From NCBI RefSeq assembly GCF_964355755.1, contig NC_092675.1:5203812-5267811 (forward strand): a stretch of 64,000 nucleotides of DNA, given 5' to 3'. This document shows positions 1-15,000 of the stretch, one piece after another. Every line of letters begins with the position of its first letter. Within the stretch, counting starts at the first letter, position 1. Made by a program: the position numbers and the translations under genes. A model generated the notes under the pieces. It was not told where the DNA came from. It saw nothing but the letters and a program-made list of their open reading frames with translations, and did no database searches. The DNA comes from Antedon mediterranea (taxonomy: Eukaryota; Animalia; Echinodermata).

Positions 1-60
1 CAACAAACGCCCTCACAATCAGTGGATCTGGCTGTTTTACTTCTCGTTATAGATATATAA

Positions 61-200
61 ATCCAAAGGCAAATTACTGAAAAATGACAATGCTGTGGGT
101 ATCAGTGGCTGGATCTCAATGGAGATACAAAATAAAAGCGAAGAGCTAAATCAAAACGAGAAGTAAGAGCTTTCGGGCAACACTAGCCCTTCATCAGTGC
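61..200 (-). repeat. Copy of the same repeat (single unit) with a hammerhead-like core
   Basis: Reverse complement matches 59576-59932 and contains CTGATGA-A-GGGC-tagtgtt-GCCC-GAAA-GCTC. Confidence 0.75.
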
Positions 201-3133
201 AAGTGTATATATATAATTAATAACAACGATGGCATGCAAGTCTAAACATTTAAAATTAGAAAACCGATTAACAGAAAGCGAAGACTTGAAAAACATCTTT
301 TTATTTATATGAAGATAGTAAATTGTTTGTGAGTTATGAAAACTTTGACAGTATAATGTCACAGCTCGCTCATCGCATGGCTTTTTTAAATTTGTGTAAC
401 TGGTATAAAGATCACATTTCTTGTAAATCGATTGTTAAATATATTATTAATTAATTGTTTGGAATGAATTGCACTAATTAGTTTGAAAAAAAAAGAATGA
501 TAGGCCAAATATATATATATGTATATGCTCAAATACAGTAGTGATATGACATCATAATCACATTTTTTTGTCACATAAAGTTTGATAGATTCGTTTTTTA
601 TCAAATCAAACACCAATTTGTTTAATAGAGAGTGGCAAAATACCTACATAATTATACATTTATAAGAACGGCAATAGTTCTGTGTAGATGTTCCATTTTA
701 TTCGTTCTAATTACTTAAAAACAGCGTGTTAGACATCCATGGAAAACAAAAACAAAATACCTGCACGCAAACGCCGCAACACCGCGGTTATTGATGTTGG
801 TAAAATCGATAAATATTGAACGCTTATCTCAAGCCGAACACTATAAATGAAGGCCATTGTTTGATTTTACAAAGACCCCCAATAAGAAACTGAATTCCTT
901 GCATATAAAATCCCTTCTTTCCTCCCGTCCATTAACCTGCTTATTCCGTAGACGTCCTTATAGTTGATAACTTAGTCCTGTGAGTTTCATCAATTTTCGG
1001 CAACCTTTATTATAGAAACTTTTATTAATTTGATTTAGTATTATAAAAATTGTCTTGTACTGTAACAGTTGCAACATGTGCATTTCACCTTTGAGTTCTC
1101 TAGCGACATTCCAACTCTTGGATGTAAGGAATTGAATCACAATTTGAAATCATAAACAGTTGTTCGTAGAAAAGAAGAGTTAAAGAATACCAACAAATAA
1201 CTACTTTCAGATCAAGAAGATCCCAATTGGTAAGTTTTAAAACCTTATATTTTAGTTTACATATTGTTAATATCAAGACAGTGCTTAACATGTATTGTAT
1301 ATCACTTTTTCAAAAATATATTCAGTGATACAATGATTCGTTATTTCGTAATTGTTGCTGTACATCAAACTAATGCATAAAAAGAATTGTTATTATTTTC
1401 TTTTTATTTCCAAAAATAAAAATTACTGGTTTACAACTCGTGGCCAAATGACCAAATTGCATATAAAAAAAGATGTCAACAAAACTTGCAATATTGCAAA
1501 AAAAGCAAATGTAAAAATCTTAAACATTAAGATACAAGCATAAAAACATAAAAAGTAAAAAAGAAAAGAGCAGTCGCAAGTAAGCAGGGAAGGTAATTGT
1601 GAATTTAATAATTTGTGTAGGACTGTTATTTTAATAGTACCAATTCTATAAATGGTATTTTATTTATTTATTTATTTAATAACACTCTTGTGTAATACAA
1701 GACCAGCCAATTCTGGCTTATGAGTGAATATATAGAATAACTATAGACACGGATAAAAAACATAAACAAAATATAACAAATTTAAACAGATTTAGGCACC
1801 AAATCTCTCTGTTTCTGAGTAGAAGGGAAAAAGAGGGAGAGAAAAAAAAATGTACAATATAAATAAATATGTTAAAAATTACTTGTTGAAAACAATGGAC
1901 TGCCGTAAGGATAGCAATTGATAGGCAAATTTAGCAACAGCAGAACAGTGGTTGCCATCACACATTAAACAATTGAATTTTTCTAGATTTGTTAGATCTG
2001 AATGCATACACTCAAAACGAATACCTAAACATTAGGGTTGACGCCATAATGGGTCCTCACCTGACCTGATTCCAGTACCAATGACTTGCATGAACCAATC
2101 TACAGACATAAATAGATTTTATATATTAGTTATAAACATGTTATGAAAGATAGACGTCTAAGCGATGCAATAGCGTTTATTGTTCAATTGAACACCCAAT
2201 TCCGTCTGTTTGTTCACCTTATTTTTAAGTAAGCAATATGTTAGGTCTGAAATGGTATAGTATGAACATACTACCTTAATTTGCAATGCCAATATTAATA
2301 CTGCACTATGCACTACACTTTTTATGAGGACATATAAATGAGGGGGAATAAAACAGTTTAAGAATACTTTCTGGGGGGTTTGCATATTTTCCTATTATGA
2401 ATGTGCAGCCAAAGAAGATAGTATTGTGGTTTAATAGCTAATAAAATAAAGTAATCTATTTGCATACAAAAACGTGACACAATGACTACTTTTTTAATTC
2501 GATACCACGTATAGTTATACTAAATTAGAGGGCCAAAAAGCTGGGTCACTGTATATTATTGTGAGAAACAACCATACAACCTGATCTGATAGAATAAAGA
2601 TCATTGTGGCAATTTAGGTCTAACTTGTTTACTTCAACAACATAATTAGCACAACAACTAGTAATCCGCTTAGAGGCTAATTGACATTAAGAACGTACTT
2701 GTCGATCAGTTTCCAATGGGACTCGACTCCTAAAGTAGCGCTTTATTTCTGCGGTTGTTTTCAAAAGGCATGATGAAACATTGTTTTCGTCTAACAGGTT
2801 TACAGTGTAGAAAAAGACAGATAGATATTCTGATATTATAAGGTGTAGGAAGTATTGTTTGAAAAACATTTCCCGCGCTTATGGTGCATGCAATCCAGGG
2901 ACGTTATTGTCTGATCAACTAAACGTGTTATGGTAAACCTCATTAATTAAATGAATAAAATAATTCTTTAAAATGATCTTGCATAAGCAAAACTAAATAG
3001 TTCACTGTTAATGTTTATATTTGAGTCGATTGTATTGCATGAAAGTGAATACAATGTTGTTTATTACATAATAATTATAATAAACTGTAATTACTAACAT
3101 TATCTATTATGCTTTTTATTTCGTTTATTCTTG

Positions 3134-3446
3134 TATATAAATACATTGTATAATTCGGGTTGTAAAATGAAAACAAACAAATGAAAATGAAAAACTCATA
3201 AATTCTCTGTGTAAAATGTTTTAAAACGAGATAAATGATAATGATGACCATTATCAAGTGTATAGAAAATATTTAAAAAATTATGAAAAAAGGAGGTAAT
3301 ACGGAAATTAATAAATGTAAAAATGTTACTAATGAATTGTAACGACATTTAGAATTACCGAAAATGTGTATATGATTTATGTAATGACATGAGATAATAT
3401 GAATGTGAATAAAAGTGGATTTTGCGCCACAAAAGAGAAAAAAAAA
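3134..3446 (+). mobile_element. Short 3'-end copy of the same LINE family as 39113-40540
   Basis: Colinear similarity to 40255-40540 (cgggttgtaaaatgaaaacaaacaaatgaaaatg ... atgaatgtgaataaaagtgg..ttgcgccacaaaagagaaaaaaaa). Confidence 0.85.
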
Positions 3447-6400
3447 CATATATTTATTATAAATAATATTATGCTTGTTTTGCCAAAAAAAACACAAGGA
3501 CAGTTTACAATCTTGTGCTTTATTTTGAGTTTACCTTGATTATTTAACATGTGGGTGTTTTCCACATTCTTTGAGAATCGATATTCTGGAATACAATGAT
3601 AATTAAGAGGTCGTTGTATGTATCAACAAAAACACACACATTCTTACTATTCTATCATTGGTCTATGATGATAATCCACTCAACATTAACCTGGCCATAC
3701 AAACTATAGTACGGTAGCCTATGTACCATTACAATTGACTAAATTCTTGTTTTTTTTGTGTGTGTTTTATGTTTTCAAAAATGCTCCTGATCTTTTAAAA
3801 GGCGCTTATTTCCATATTCTCATCCGATAGTTCATAATAGGAACACGTTGATCTTATTTATTCTCCATGGCTTAATGTTTTAGTTGGTACACAGTAACCA
3901 ACAAAAATAATCATCGGATATTATTAACACACATTTTTAAAGTTTTATTTTTCTCTCTATTATTTATTCTTAATGATTAGAGCAAGTGTGAATTAATGTG
4001 CAGTTATACTTTAGTGTTTAAACATACCAACAAAATGATAATCATCGAACATTATTGAAACACATATTTCCCAAATGAGTCAGTCATTGTAACGGAGTTG
4101 ATTGACAAATTAATAGATCAGATTGACATATCTATTGACAATGTAACTATCATTAATAGTAATGTTAAAGTATTGCAATATTGTGCTGAATCGTCCATTA
4201 ACAATCATTTTCGATCACAGATGTTAGCGTTCAATAATCATTTACAAAACAGGTGTATAATACGAAACGCGATTATCGTTCAATTGAAAGTATTTAAGAA
4301 ATAAGCCGTGAAATTTGTACCTCCAATTTCAAATATAAATTTTTCCCAGAGTGGAGGGTAATATGTTATTATTATGTTCGTGTATTAAAACTTGACAGAT
4401 TAATAAGTTCGATGGTAATCAGTGCGTTAAAATTGATTTCGAAGGTATGTTATTGTTATTGATAAATATTAAAGGCATCATATTATATAAGGTTGAAGTC
4501 AATACTAACCTTATGATTAGTTATGATTGGGTTGTGTCTGTTTGTGATTAAACTATAATTTTAGCGATCATAGACGTGCTCGATTGATGCAAATATAAGC
4601 CCATATCGAACATTTTTATCAACTAGATATTTGATGTATATTAAGATAACATAATATATTCATGCATTTTATTGGTAGCTTGCAGAAATGAAACGTTTCA
4701 TTATCGATTTTTAAAATTACATCAAAGGGTCAGAAGTTTATTCGCTGTCGGTTTGGCCTACTGAATGTTGGTAGTGTTATCAATGAGATCAGCTTTGTAA
4801 CATGGGGTTATTTTTAGTGAGTAATAATCAATAAAGATCGCAATATATGGCTGTTCTCGTGTATTTCATTTTTTGTAATCACCTTATGTACGCTTTTGTA
4901 GCAGGTTGTTTGTGCTCCGTGCTGACGGAGACGGACAGTGAGAACATGGGGTGTTATCTTGAGGCGGTGATGTCCAAATTAACATCAACAGCCGCTGAAG
5001 CACAACCAGATGTTGATAAACAAAATTGCTTCATAAAAAATACAAAATAATATAGTCAATAATTGCTAAGTCATAAAGGATAAATTTTGTCTAATGCGTG
5101 AGAATATGTATTGCCAGTACAAGCTTGCACATCATCACCCAATGTCTGAAGCACTTTTTAGGGTGATGTGTCAACATCGGAATTTTATAGTAAAGATGGA
5201 ATTTAAATGCCTCATTAACATTGCTATAGGATTAGATCACATATTTTACTAAATCTATACATGTTGATGATTTTATTTTACATACTAAAATACATGTAGT
5301 AAAAACACTTCCAAGTGTAAGTTCCAATTAGCGTGTAGAAGAGAATATTTTTATGTATATACGAAATATGTTTACCACATTACGGAGATTTAACAATCAG
5401 AAATGTATATTAAATGTTTAAAAGTTCTGCTTTAAATTTGAATAATGAATCAAATCTGTAATAAAAAAAAAAGAAAGGAAGTCACTTTTATTACATAATA
5501 TTTATTACATAATATTTTGTTGACATCTTCAAAATAATATACAAATAATAGTACTGTGCAATGTTTTTGTAAAGTTAGCATAAACAAATGACAGGTTTTA
5601 AACAGTGTATAAACAAATAAAACGTCTTCATAAAGCAATATAGTGACCTTTTTACCTTCACCATAATTTGATATACGTCTCTACTCAGGAATTTTCTTCA
5701 ATTAATGTCAATCACTTTTTTTGTACAATATTAGTGTGCATTATTGTACATTGAGTACATCACCTCGAAACATTGTATACGAGATTAATTTGCTTCTGCT
5801 ACACTAATGAGGGCGAATCGATTGATTAGTAATCAGCACATGGAATACTAACTATATGGCCTCACCGGTTCCAGACTCTTGTATGTGTTAAATTATAAGG
5901 TTCAATTCAAATACAATCGTTGTATTGTAAACCGATTAATGATCAGAATTTGCTCTGAAAAGCTGAAACTGAACTGTTGTCTGCGACAAGACATTTCATG
6001 AAAATCGTTTGTAGTTTTATAAACTGTTCCTGATAAGACATATTAACCTGCAATGTTCGTTCTTTCTGAAAAATGAATTTGCGCAATTATTTTTTTTAAA
6101 TAATGTATCGGGGTACCATGTGTGTTTAAATTTTGACAATAGTTACGGTATTTAACAATAATATTGGAATACAATACTCAATGTAGGCTAAACTCATATA
6201 TTACATTTTCCCCATCTTAATTTTAAGTTTGAAAAGTTATTATATACTTTAGTAGGCTTAGATTGTCAGTATTTTCATTATCTTAATTTATGAAATGTCA
6301 GGCTGCTTACTCGTTTGCATGGTGGGCCTAAGCTGCAAAAAGAAATATGACCTATTATGTTATCATGGTTCCGACTATGACGCAACGAAAGGACGCACAC

Positions 6401-8008
6401 AGCAACAGAGGCCTTATAAAATTGGTATAGCAAGCGATTCATTTCAAGCAATTTATTTCACTTTTATCGCAATCTCATTATATAATGCAACAGCTAATTG
6501 ATGATGAGGCAAACAGGACAGCCAATGTTTTTTTTAGGATACCGTCTTTGTTACGAATTGGACATAAATATAAGTTATTTACGTACGTATTTATATTTGG
6601 CGATGTCGGCGTTTCATATTAATTCTACTCAGTCGCGATACAGGTGATTTTGCAGGTGATAAACCTAAGTCAACCACCTGGATGCACAGATGCCTAATTA
6701 GATCTCACCTACTTTGGCTATGGTATCGATAACGCTAGATAATACGACCTCCGCCGAGTCGGAGACGGGAAGTTAAACATCTGACCTATTCCTTAACGAA
6801 GGTCGCGAGAAATATGTTTTTTAAAGCAACTAGCGTGATGTCGGTAAACTTTTTGTATTTTCTAGTAATTTAACATCAATAGATAGGCGTTCTATGACCT
6901 TGTGAAATAATGTAAATTTAACCAAAAATATGATTACTTTGAATTAAAGTGTCTACGTGCAAATTAGTTGCGTGTGCGTGTGGGCACAATAACTCTCAAC
7001 CCTTAATTAACATAAATGTATAGACCTACCCGAATCTAAATGTTATATAAAAACTGGTTATTTGAAAGTGTTTTATTTTAAAATATTTCCTGTTTCAAGT
7101 TTACAAAAAGTTAAATTAACTATCGTATACTAACTATATTTTTAACTCTAAATAATAATAGTATATTAAATATATATATATTTTTGAAAGAACAAACTAA
7201 TAACCAAAATCGAAATAAAATCCATAACATACTTAATTTAAAAAACGAAATGTTATTTTTTACTTTTATATTCAATATTATTTTCTAAAAACCAAATTTT
7301 ATGAAATCATTATTTGCTCAGTGATTTAATATTATTGTTTATTATTACCAATAATTGTTTAAAATAAATTTTAATTAACTTGATTAGAAAATGGCGTTGT
7401 TTTAACACTAGAATTAAATACATTGCATTGTTAACTCTTTGGAATGTTGTTTTCTAAGCGGTAGTTTTTCTAATCTTTTCAATTACCATCGTGTTATTAT
7501 AGTTGTTATAATCAAATTTACGCAAAAACAATGTAAACGGTAAAAAAAAAACGTCTTGTTTATGCAGTAATAAAGCTACCCTACAAAAGATTCTAGCTAT
7601 AATTAGAAAATTCTTGTGTTAAAACGTAATCAGCGGGATGGCCCATGCAGAGAACCTCTACGAACATATTAAACACGTTGTTGTTTCAGAGAAGGTTCCA
7701 CGACTCCTACTAGGTTTTTATAAATTTTGAGAAGAGCCAGGCTAAACACATTTCCATTGTTTTAATTTGATCAGGACCTATCGAATAGAAATCGCAGCTT
7801 CTATGATATGAACGGGCCAATAAACGTTGATGCTGAACTTGTTCCTAAATAGAAGCTGGGATAATGGTTTAAAACTATCCGAATCTTATCATAAGTTATA
7901 ACACGATCTAGGCTCTAATCTATTTGATTTCAAGAAGAATTTTATCTCATCAACTTCGTTGACTTATTCGATTGTAAGATTGCCTTGATTGATTATAGAA
8001 AGTTTTTT

Positions 8009-8990
8009 TAGATTGCTTTCTTCTTAATGTTGCTTCTCTCCTCCTCTTTTAGATTGCTTTCATCTTAATGTTGCTTCTCTCCTCCTCTTTTAGATTGCAT
8101 TCATCTTAATGTTGCTTCTCTCTTCATTTTTTTATATTGCTTTCATCTTAATGTTGCTTCTCTCCTTTTTTTATTGCTTTCATCTTAATGTTGCTTCTCG
8201 CATCCTTTTTTAGATTGCTTTCATCTTAATGTTGATTCTCTCTTCATTTTTTCAAATTGGTTTTATCTTAATGTTGCTTCTCTCCTCCTTTTTTTTGCTT
8301 TCATCTTAATGTTGCTTTTCTCCTCTTTTTTCAGATTGCTTTCATCTTAAAATTGCCTCTCTCTTCATTTTTTATTGCTTTCATCTTAATGTTGCCTCCA
8401 CCTTTTTCAGATTGCATTCATCTTAATGTTGCTTCTCTCCTTTTTTTATTGCTTTCATCTTAATGTTGCTTCTCTCCTCCTTTTTTTTTTATTGCTTTCA
8501 TCTTAATGTTGCTTCTCTCTTCCTTTTTCAGATTTCCTTCATCTTAATATTGCTTCTCTCTTTTTTTTCAGATTACTTTCATCTTAATGTTGCTTCTTTC
8601 CTCCTATTTCAGGTTGCTTTCATCTTAATGTTGCTTCTCTCTTTCTTTTTCAGATTACTTTTATCTAAATGTTGCTTTTTTCTTCCTTTTTTAGATTGCT
8701 TTCCTTCTCTCTTCCTTTCTCGGATTGCTTTCATCTTAATGTTGCTTCTCTCCCCTTTTTCAGATTGCTTTCATCTTAATGTTGCTTCTCTCCCCTTTTT
8801 CAGATTGCTTTCATCTTAATGTTGCTTCTCTCCCCTTTTTCAGATTGCTTTCATCTTAATGTTGCTTCTCTCCCCTTTTTTAGATTGCTTTCATCTTAAT
8901 GTTGCTTCTCTCCCCTTTTTCAGATTGCTTTCATCTTAATGTTGCTTCTCTCCCCTTTTTTAGATTGCTTTCATCTTAATTGTGTTCTCT
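8009..8990. repeat. Minisatellite, about 40-42-bp unit, over 20 copies
   Basis: Unit agattgctttcatcttaatgttgcttctctcccctttttc. The last 6 or so copies are near-identical 40-mers. Confidence 0.97.
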
Positions 8991-11900
8991 CTTCCTTATT
9001 TCTTTCAGTAACTAGTTATAAATACACTAAATGGATTTAATATCGAGGCAAATTTAAAAAACATAGTATATTGCCCTTGAAATACATAAGTAGATCACGT
9101 GTTTTCTATTGCTTTGCTATGTATATACAAAGCCAGTGTATTAAAAGAACTAAAGAATGGAAGTATGCCTCACTTCATAATTTCTTTATAATTGAAAAAA
9201 ATATAAGAAAATATATGTTATCATCAATCATAAATCAATGTTATAAATGATAACTATGTATATTCATGAAAATTTCTTGTTTAAAAAAACAAAAAACAAA
9301 AAAGCGATACTTATTAGTTACCTGAACAACTGAATACATAAAAATGTCAACGTTATTTGAAACACTATCAATGAGGTGTTATTTTATCAATATTATTTTA
9401 ATGTATGTGCAATAAATGTATACAGTACTATGAAAACAAATTTGTTGTGTGCTGCCTTAAATTAGTTATAATATTATTTTATTGTATTATATAATAATGA
9501 TTTATTGTAAATCAAATTATATGCATACATTAACGAATTAATAAAGATGGAAGAGACCCATACAAGATTAAAAAAAAGTTATAAATTGTCTACATTTATC
9601 TGTAAGAATGTTGTTTTTAGTATTTTATTTCGCTACGTTTAAATAATTTACAATTGTCTACCATAGTAGAAAAGTTTAAAATAAGTTCAAGATCATTTTC
9701 CTTGTTGTAACTCCTGGAATTGTCTACACCTTGATACGTTCGTATTCCGATTACGTATTCTCGGCAAGGAACTATTTAAAATGTCACGTCTCTTTAGTTG
9801 ACTATGTCATTCAAATTAAGACTGTATTATTTTTAAACTTAGGGCAAATTTGCCAAAATTTTCAGGAAAACAACACATACGATCTATTATTATTATTATT
9901 TATTAATGAAGATTATGAAGTGTTTTTTTAAATCACATTCACAAAAAAAGTGTATTAAATTAGCTTATTATTTTAAATGATGGGTGTAATTATTTCATTT
10001 ATGGTAATTGTGGGTACAAATTGAAAGTGTTAGCTTTTAGTAACCGTACTTTATTCAGCCTTTTAAAAAGTGTCTTACTGTGAATAATGCAGTGCGTTAT
10101 ACACAGATATCCAAGTCATCCACGATACATAAATACATTCGCGTTACACGTAGGAGGCCTACACATTTATTTAGCAATTGATGACATTTTTTTTCGTACT
10201 GGACATACACTTAGTTCTTTGTCACGTGTTATCACATTTAAGATCTCCATTGTTCTGTACCACCATTTATTTACAGGAGCGTATTTTGCACAGGTCTGTC
10301 CTTGGGTGTCCCCATTTGAACCCGCACACGCAGACAAAAACAAATACTGCCCGTTGCGAAGTAGTTAGTTGAAGAGCTATGGGCCTAGGGCAGATATTTG
10401 ATGAGATCCCCTTTCGTGATGCCTTGTTTGGGGTAGCCCATTTGATAGTCATTCAAATTGCACCTGACAAGCCAAAGGGTCGTTAGTAAATTTTTCCTGT
10501 GTCATTTTTGGCACTCGCAAACTGTCTGACCTTAAACCTGTGAGAGAAGGTAGAGCATAGGATTGAACGTGTTGAACGGTATCTCGAGACCAGGTGGGCG
10601 TGAGAACAATTTTATTTCAACAAGCACCTCAAACCAAGTACAACCCCTTGTCCCATAAAACTGGTGTTCATTTACACTATATAAATATTTTAAACGCACC
10701 AAATATCCTCTTTCTACTCTATCGATTTAACTAAACACGATGAATTTGTGGCTAATGGGGACATGTTGATGGAACCGAAATAAGAAAGACTTCACCTGTA
10801 TGAGAGTATTTTATTAATATTCGTCGAAAACTTGTAGTTTGCGTCAGGAGAAAATCTAGTATGAATTGAATCTTAGCGCATATTTAGAGATATCCATGGA
10901 CTAACCAACACGCGCTTTTAAGGTATAATGTCTACGATAGCTATAATATTGAAATCGATAATTTAAAAGCCACTATTAATTATCATCAGGGATTCCCAGG
11001 CACTTAATTGCCATTCTACAAGATGAGTCAGGCAGCATAGAGCGCTGACCGGAAGGACAATTCTGACCGATTGACTCTAAAAACGTCTCATGTCAGTGAA
11101 CTATTTGCTACAATTAGCTGTTAACAGACGCATAATTATTAGTGTAACGCGTCACACAATCCCTGTCGATAGATCGTCTGCAAGTACTTTCGGCGCTCGA
11201 CTTACTCACACCCTTTAAACACTCTTTAACTTGAACCTATAAACTTTGAATAATGCTACATCATTCTAAATAGGTTTCAAGAAACTCCACTTCAATGGCT
11301 TTCAGAAAAACGCTCAAAAAATAATCCTTTTTATAAAAAAAAAAAAATAAAATTATCCAAAATCATTTCTATAATCCAGTACCTTTATTTCGTTAGTCGA
11401 CTGAATATCAAAATGTCAAGTATCAGTAAATTGTTTTGAAACTTTCTGCGTTTTAGCCTAAAACAATAATGTTCCAATGTTGGCCTACGATTAGGCCTAT
11501 GTACTATTTTTTCCAAAATAAATAATATTTTTATCAACCGTTTTGTATATTTGTTGGTTTTTTTTTACCTTTTAATGTAAACAACCTTCAACTTTCCAAT
11601 TTTTATTTTGTTCTTATACCGTAACTAACATATAGCCTAGATTGTGTAAAAATCTTCGTGAAATAAGCAATTTACTTTTTCTACTGGACGTTAAAAGTAA
11701 ATGTTTGTGTACTTATTCGAGAGACGGATTTGATCATCTTAGGTAGAATTTATTCTTAGTAATCAAATTTTTTAAGAGTCTTATACACGTTCAGTGAAGA
11801 CAAATTTCCAGTAGAAAATTAATATATTTATTATTTTTTTCTCTCTCATAATGAGATCTATGATTAAATGATATTGTTAATAACAAAGGAAAGATGTACA

Positions 11901-14900
11901 ACTTGAACTTAATTGTGCTTACTTAAGTAATATGGAGTATGTCGTTATGCACTTACACCCGGATAAAAACACTTTTTAAATAATGTGAAATAAGCAATAA
12001 TTATTCATGAATAGGTCTAAACTAACCGGTACTGATGATTAATACGTCGGGAATATGATACACAAGTACACACGTTAACGCCGATGAAAATGGCACAATT
12101 TTTTTGCAGGACGTATGCGTCACGTTCTACACCCTGTACCGAACCTGCTAGGTCCATATAGGGCATAACAATCAATCCGCATTATTTTCATTATTAAATA
12201 ATTGAGAAGAATTGTTTTTATTCTGCTTGTAAAATACATACATTCTTCAATATTGTTTTTTTTTGTTCTAAATTAAACAGAAATATTTATATAGCGCCAC
12301 CTTTTGTATTAGTCTATTTGACTGATAGTGCAACGGCCTCTCAAAATAATTACCACGTTTAGTTGTTTTAGAAATGTATCCCGGTAAGGTTTGTGGTTTC
12401 CGAACTGACAAACCAATAATCTATTTCAACATTAATAATATATTGTATTTGATGTATTTGATTGGTGGTGACTTGTAACATTATAGGATGGCCAAAAGCA
12501 GTAAATTATATGTGATTTGTCATATCTAAGCAGACTAATCCGCCATGGCTCGTGCTACTGTGGATTTCATATAATACTGTATATAAACGAACAAGCGTTT
12601 CGCCTCCGTCGTTACGAAGAGCGTGTAAAAGAAATAAATTTGCGCAGACTGATATGTAATGAAAATGTGTGTGTTTTTTTTTTATCGTACCGTATCGGGT
12701 ACCGTGTGATATTCTAGGGACAGATTGAACTGGCAAATTAGGTCAATATCAATATAGACAAATAAATTAAAGAAAACTGTAAATAGTAATACTTAACATT
12801 ACATTATTATAAAAAAATTGACGATTTTATTGTATTGAATGAATTATGCATACACAGTAGTTTTTGGATAACGTTATTAGTACTTTTTTAACATCAATTA
12901 TACATTTTGCTCCATTGATAGCACGTAGCTGAATCACCATGACCCTTTAATTAGCCTGTTTTTGTGTCTCATTTGCTGTCATTTGATTTGAAATCTTGCA
13001 ACCCTATAAAATGCGTTATTTATTCTGAAATAAGAAATCAATGACACCAAGGTAAAATTCCATTGGCTCATTATGAAGAGTTCTTCAATAACATTAATAA
13101 TGTATTATTTACAAGGCCCAAAGCACACGTGCCTTGAACGAAGCCTTTTACGCAGCATATTATATTTTACATGTATCGGGTTTTCTCGAAGGAACCTTCA
13201 CCTTAATTCTAAATATACATCGAATTTATTGGGTTATTTAAACCGACTCCGATTACTAATACTGTGCTACTCACAACTCGTCAGGCACACATATACACCA
13301 GTCGCCTTTGGTATTAGTCTGTCAGAAACGGTTCACGTTCCATAGAGTTCAGTGAGAGGGAATATAGACGCAGAATAGGAGGAGCTGCCATGCTTTAATG
13401 CTGCCTGATTTAGCCGGTGCGCTCACTTCTAGTTTAATCCTCAACTGAATAGGACGCGTGTGTCGTACCGCATTACCAACGCCTGCGTTTTAGTTCAACC
13501 AAGTGTAAAATAGTAACAAACCAACGCTAAAGGTTTTTTTTTGTATGTTCTGCCGTTTGTCGGAGTCAGGAAATGTATTGATTGAGTTTAATCTGATACG
13601 ACCATAAGACTGCATGCCATGTGAATTTAATCGTGGATTTTAATAGACAACCGTTTACATGGATCGTGTGTTGCTGAAATGACTAAACTATTATTTTGTA
13701 TGGAATGTAAAAATCATTGAATATGAATGTGGATCTTAACTTTTCTTGATTTTTTCGAAATTACAAACATTTGTTTATATCAAGATGAATCTTGGAATTT
13801 ACCGGGCTGGATTACGTAGTCGGAAATGTATCGATAGAAGGTAATGCATCTTCAACATGGTCTTTTTAAATTGATATTATATATAATGTCATTACAATAA
13901 TTAGGTTACTAGTGCATGTTTTCCAATATTAATACATTAATCCTCTGTTGGTTCAGTAATACGATTTTACTAGTAATTGTAGGGCAGCCTAAAGTGCTGT
14001 TTTGTTGAAATTAATTAATATTGTGTAATATAAATTGTAATGATAATTATTCTTTAAATATAAACACTTTTAATCAGAAAAGGTTCAAAGAAGGTAAAAT
14101 GTGTAGTAGGCCTAGTAATAGTATTGTTATCCTATCAATCATACATCAAATTAATTCGGTAAGAGCATGAAACTGTTTGAGAAAAATGAGTTTGAATTGC
14201 TGAGTGTTATAGGTGTTAGTTACCATATCGCAATCATAGCAATAATGCCAAATATGTATTTATATATCGGAATGCAATTTTTAGAAGAAAACATCATATA
14301 AATTATTGTAAAAAAAACTAAAAGTTTTAGGCCTATTCGTTCAAAGACAAATTCCTGGAACAAAAAAACACATAGTATAACAATTAATACTAGACTTACA
14401 TCTATGTTTAAGGTATAGCATTATTTTAATTTAAAAAGTGTGTAGGCCTATTTCATAATGATAAACAAGCAATCAATTAATCTGATTAATTAATTAGAAA
14501 AATATTCTTGTGAAGATTACAGCACCGGTTGTATACTCTGACAGCTGCCGTTACTAATTACGGGGTGGCAATCACCCAACCGTTTTAGACTTTCACGGAG
14601 AGGTAGACATATCCACTTGAAATTTTAAACTTACAATACGAGTATATTCAAATTCAAAATTCAATTCAAAAGTATAAGATTATATGCATTGATACGTTAA
14701 CGTGTAGTATCGATTCTTTATGTAAGCGCTTAATTGACTAAACAGAAATAAAAGTCAATAGGCCTACTTGTGCAATTGTGATTTTCATTTTTTTTTAAAC
14801 GGAACTGTGTAGTGACTTAAAACTAGAGTACCATTATAAAAAAAACCTCTATTACAACGCCCTCGCTCGTTTTCATATCATAACAGTCTACAATCATATC

Positions 14901-15000
14901 AATCACACAAACGGTATAAAAGATTTTCCTATATAGGCCTACAGTATAAGTTAAATTTCCTGTCGTACAGACGTTTCTCCAGCTTCTTGTTTATTTCAAG

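Noticed and set aside
8463-8819. 118-aa hydrophobic ORF
   Set aside because: It is a translation of the 40-bp minisatellite, not a gene.
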